Assembly (NCBI GenBank): GCA_963804915.1
Contig: CAWDSI010000006.1
Location: 59,214 to 123,213, forward strand
Direction: 5' to 3'
Length of the DNA stretch: 64,000 nucleotides
Source: an uncultured Acidobacteriota bacterium
GTDB lineage: Bacteria > Acidobacteriota > Thermoanaerobaculia > UBA5066 > Gp7-AA6
Shown here one piece after another: positions 60,610-64,000 of the stretch. Both the position numbers and the translations under genes were made by a program. The notes beneath the pieces are model-generated. The model searched no databases, was not told the origin of the DNA, and saw nothing but the letters and a program-made list of their open reading frames with translations. Every line of letters starts with the position of its first letter. The stretch's first letter is position 1.

Positions 60610-63600
60610 ATGCCCCGGAGAACCGAACAACCCTATCTGCCCTTCGAAGACGCCGCGCCCGCGGCGCGCTCGGCGACGCCCGACCCGAGACGTCCCGCGG
60701 CTGATCGACTCGCTCGCGCGCGTCTGCGCCGAGCAGCCGCTCGAGGAAAAGGTCTTCGTCGCGCCGTCGCTCCCGATCGGACATACCTCGTCGAGCGGCT
60801 CGCCCGCGAGGGCCAGCCCTGGATCAACCTGCGCGTCGAGACCGTCCGCACGCTCGCGCTCCGCATCGTCGGGCCGGAGCTCGCCCGCGAGGGCTTGCGC
60901 CTGCTCTCGCGCGCGCAGGCGCTGGCGCTCGTCGAGCAGGCCTGCGCGCGAGGCTCTCGAGCCGAACTCGTACTTCGGCGCGCTGCGCGACCGGCCCGGG
61001 CTTCCACCGCGCTCTCCAGCGCACCTTCGAGGAGCTCCGGGCGGCGGGCATCGGCGCCGCGCGCTCCCGCCGCGGCTTTCGCCGATCCGCCGCAAGGCTC
61101 CGGGAGCTCCGCGGCATCCTCGCCCGCTACGACGCGGCGCTCGCCGCGGGGCGCTCCGTCGACTCGCGCGAGGTGCTGCGCCGCGCGGCCGCGCGCGACG
61201 GCGCCCGAGCCCGGCGGCGCCCGGTACCTGTCGCCCGACGACGCGGACCTGCCGGCTGCGAGCGGCGGCTCCTCGAGCGGCTCGCCGGCGACCGGCTACG
61301 AGAGGCTGCCCGTCGACGCGCCCGAAAGCTGGATCGGCGCGCGCACGGCGCCGCGCTCTTCCGCGCGACCGGCGAGGAGAACGAGATCCGCGAGGTGCTT
61401 CCGCCGCGTTCTCGAGAGCCGAATCCCGTTCGACGAGGTCGAGATCCTCCACACCGACGCGACCATCTATCCCGCGCTCGTCTGGGAGCTCGCCCGCGAG
61501 CACGGCATCCCGTGCACCTTCTCCGGCGGCGTCGCCGCGACGTTCACCCGGCCCGGGCCAGGCCGCGCTCGCGTTCCTCGACTGGATCGCCGACGGCTTC
61601 GAAGCCGAGCGCCTGCGCGAGAGCCTCGCCTCCGGCGCCCTGACCTTCGCCCGCCGCCGGCCGAGGGCCCGGACGGCGCCGAGCACGCCAGGCCGTCGCC
61701 CGCGCTCCGCGCGACGCGCAGATCGGCTGGGGCCGGCAGCGGCACGTCTCGGCCCTCGACCGGCTCGATCGCGGAGCTCGAAGCCCCGGAGCGGCCACGC
61801 GACGCGACGAGCCACGCGCGAGGAGCTCGCCGAGCGCGCCGAGCGGCGCGCGCGCGCCGGCTCGACGAGCGCGAGCCGCGCGCGCCTTCGCCCTCCGCGT
61901 TCTCGAGCTCGCGCCAGCGCGCCGACGCCGAGGATGCGACCTGCGCGCCCTCGCGCCGGTGCCGCAGGACGTTCGTGACGCGAGTTCGCGCGCGTGGCGC
62001 GACCTCGACGGCGCCGGCGCCGTACCGCCCTCGAGAAACTCCTCGCGAGAGCTCGAGATGCTGCCCGCGACGATGCTGCCTCGCTGGCCGACGCCGGCGA
62101 CGCGCCTCCGCGACGCCGTCCGCGCAACTCTCGGTCGAGGCGGACCGCGCGCGACCCGGGCCGGATCCACGTCGCGGACTTCCGCGCGGGAGGGATTCCG
62201 GCCGCGCCGCACACCTTCCTGCTCGGCCTGGACGAGGCGCGCCATCCCGGCGCGCGACCTCGAGGACCCGGTCCTGCTCGACGACGGAGCGCCGGCAATC
62301 AACGCGCCCTCGCGCCGCTGCTCGCGATCGATCGGGAGCGCCCCCGCGACATCGCCGCCGCGCTCCAGGCACTGCGTCGCCCGCCTGTCCGGCGCCCTGA
62401 CGGCGAGCTATTCGAGCTGGAACCTCCGCAGCCTCGTCCAGCAGAGCGAGCAGCCCCCGTCGCCGTTCTTCCTCGACCTCTACCGCGCGTCGACGCGGCG
62501 ACCGGACGCCGACTACTCGCGCGCTGCTCGCTGCGCTTCCCGACGCCGCGGGCTTCGTGCCGGAAGCGGCCGCGGCGCTCGACGAGACCGAGTGGTGGCT
62601 CTCGCGGTTCGCGGCGGCCGCGACCGCCGGCGCCGCCGGGACGCCGCGGCGCCGCTCGTGCGGTCCGCGTACCCGCAGCTCGAGGACGGCCGCGAAGCGT
62701 CGCCGCGCGCGCCTCCGACGATTTCACGGTCTGGGACGGACGGCTGCGCGCACCGGGACGCCGGAGCTCGATCCGCGCCGTGCCGGCGAGCCGACAGTCG
62801 GCCTCGCGCCTCCAGGCCCTCGCGCAGTGCCCGTTCTCCTACTTCCTCCGCAATGTCCTGCGCGCTCGAGCCTCCCGGACGACCTCGAGCGCGACCCGAC
62901 GCGCTGGCTCGAGCCGAAGGACGAAGGCTCGCTTCTCCACGAGGTCTTCCGACTCTTCTTCGAGACGATCTACGAGCGCCGGCGAGAAGCCCGAGACGCC
63001 GACGCCACGCGGCGGCGATCCTCGAGGACGATCGCCGGCCTCAGATCGAGCTCTGGCGGGAGACGGTCCCGCCCGCGAGCGAGCTCGCCTTCGGCCAGCG
63101 GCGCGAGGAGATCCTCTTCGCCTGCCGCACGTTCCTCGCGAGCGGAGGCGAGCACTGCCGCGAGGTGACGCCCCGATGGTTCGAGGTCGCCGTTCGGGAT
63201 GCGCGGATGCCGCCGCGGCGAGCTCGCGAGCGCGGAGCCCGTCGAGATTCGACGGTGGCCGGCGGCGATCGCCTCCTGCTGCGCGGCTCGATCGACCGCG
63301 TGGACGAGGCCCCCGACGGCACGTTCCACGTCTGGGACTACAAGACCGGCGGCACCTGGCGGCATCAAGGAGAAGCGCGGGCATCCACGGCGGCCGCCAG
63401 ATCCAGCCCGCGCTCTACGCGATGGCGCTCGAGGTCCTCCTCGGCCGCGGCGGGATCGCCGGCTCGGTGTCCCGCTCGGGCTACTTCTTCCCGGGCCGCA
63501 AGGGCGAGGGACAGCGGATGCCGATGGCGCTCGACCCCGCCGAAACGCGCGACATCCTCATGCGTCTCCTCGATCTGCTCCGCGCGGGGACGTTCCCGCA

Positions 63601-63754
63601 CGCCACCGACAAGGACGGACTGCCGCTTCTGCGACTACGAGACCGTCTGCGGCGGCGCCCGTCGACGCCGCGCGGCGCGCTCGAAGGGCAAGCTCGCGAA
63701 GTCCGGACCCTGCCCGTGCTGCGGGCGTTCCGGGAGATCCATGGCGAAGGCTGA
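60610..63754 (+). CDS. AddB/RecB-family PD-(D/E)XK nuclease-helicase subunit. It is heavily frameshifted.
   Basis: MPRRTEQPYLPFEDA at 60610. Pieces: PRLIDSLARVCAEQPLEEKVFVAPSLPIGH, YLVERLAREGQPWINLRVETVRTLALRIVGPELAREG, the nuclease motif LLLRGSIDRVDEAPDGTFHVWDYKTGG, and the Fe-S-type CRFCDYETVCGG. It ends REIHGEG* and overlaps the next ATG by 14 nt. Confidence 0.6.
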
Positions 63755-64000
63755 GCCGCGGCCCGCGCCGTTGCCCGACGCGCGAGGCGCGCCGCGCGAT
63801 CCGCGAGGACCTGGCGCGTCTCGCTTCTCGTCGAGGCGGCCGCCGGCACCGGCAAGACGACGAGCCTCGTCGAGCGGATGATCGAGCTCGTCCGCAACGG
63901 GGACGGCGACCGTCGACCGGATCTCGGCGGTCACGTTCACGATCAAGGCGGCGGCCGAGCTGTCGGAACGGTTCCAGACGAGCCTCGAGGAGCGGCGCGA
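63741..64000 (+). CDS. AddA/UvrD-type helicase-nuclease subunit. Only the N-terminal ~85 codons are in the window, and they are frameshifted.
   Basis: MAKAEPRPAPLPDA..., then LLVEAAAGTGKTTSLVERMIELVRNG (Walker A), then ISAVTFTIKAAAELSERFQTSLEERR across frames. It runs off the window end. Confidence 0.6.

Overview
The window is 64 kb of high-GC (about 70%) bacterial chromosome. The gene content, on inference only, looks Acidobacteriota-like: ECF-sigma/Ser-Thr-kinase(TPR) pairs, GloVer and YVTN repeats, and CSLREA beta-helix proteins. It is mostly an accessory, cell-surface and signalling region with about 50 genes. Part 1 lists them in the features array; the rest of this summary highlights what stands out.

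The dominant theme is a family of five secreted proteins that all end in an IPT/TIG domain plus three SLH repeats. These SLH repeats carry an unusual conserved Cys pair (GGCG...YCP). The N-terminal passengers differ: one pectate-lyase-like beta-helix, three CSLREA beta-helix paralogs and one GloVer-repeat protein.

A three-gene module, ECF sigma then Ser/Thr kinase-TPR then a divergent CSLREA/SLH surface protein, is tandemly duplicated at 8.5-14.2 kb and 14.2-20.2 kb. A third kinase carries a C-terminal beta-propeller.

Other content:
- An ArsR-AHSA1 fusion with a perfect 26-bp palindromic operator over its start codon.
- A B12-binding radical SAM, an LpxL-like acyltransferase and a radical SAM/SPASM cluster next to an M64 peptidase.
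- A metzincin.
- A SagB-type dehydrogenase preceded by a 63-aa ORF with a textbook Shine-Dalgarno.
- An arylsulfotransferase-like beta-propeller.
- Housekeeping genes: cysK, ubiE-like, ettA, thiC with a TPP riboswitch, acyl-CoA dehydrogenase, M24 aminopeptidase, and an addB/addA-like pair running off the 3' end.
- A MITE/REP-like inverted-repeat element in three copies.

No rRNA, tRNA, CRISPR array or transposase was recognised.

Caveat: many genes are interrupted by single-nucleotide frameshifts, most likely assembly indels. Housekeeping genes are hit too, yet several 2-3 kb ORFs are intact. Many of the long ORFs in the supplied track are Arg/Gly-rich GC artefacts or frame chimeras. Feature spans below are reconstructed across frames where paralogs or known family motifs made the join obvious.
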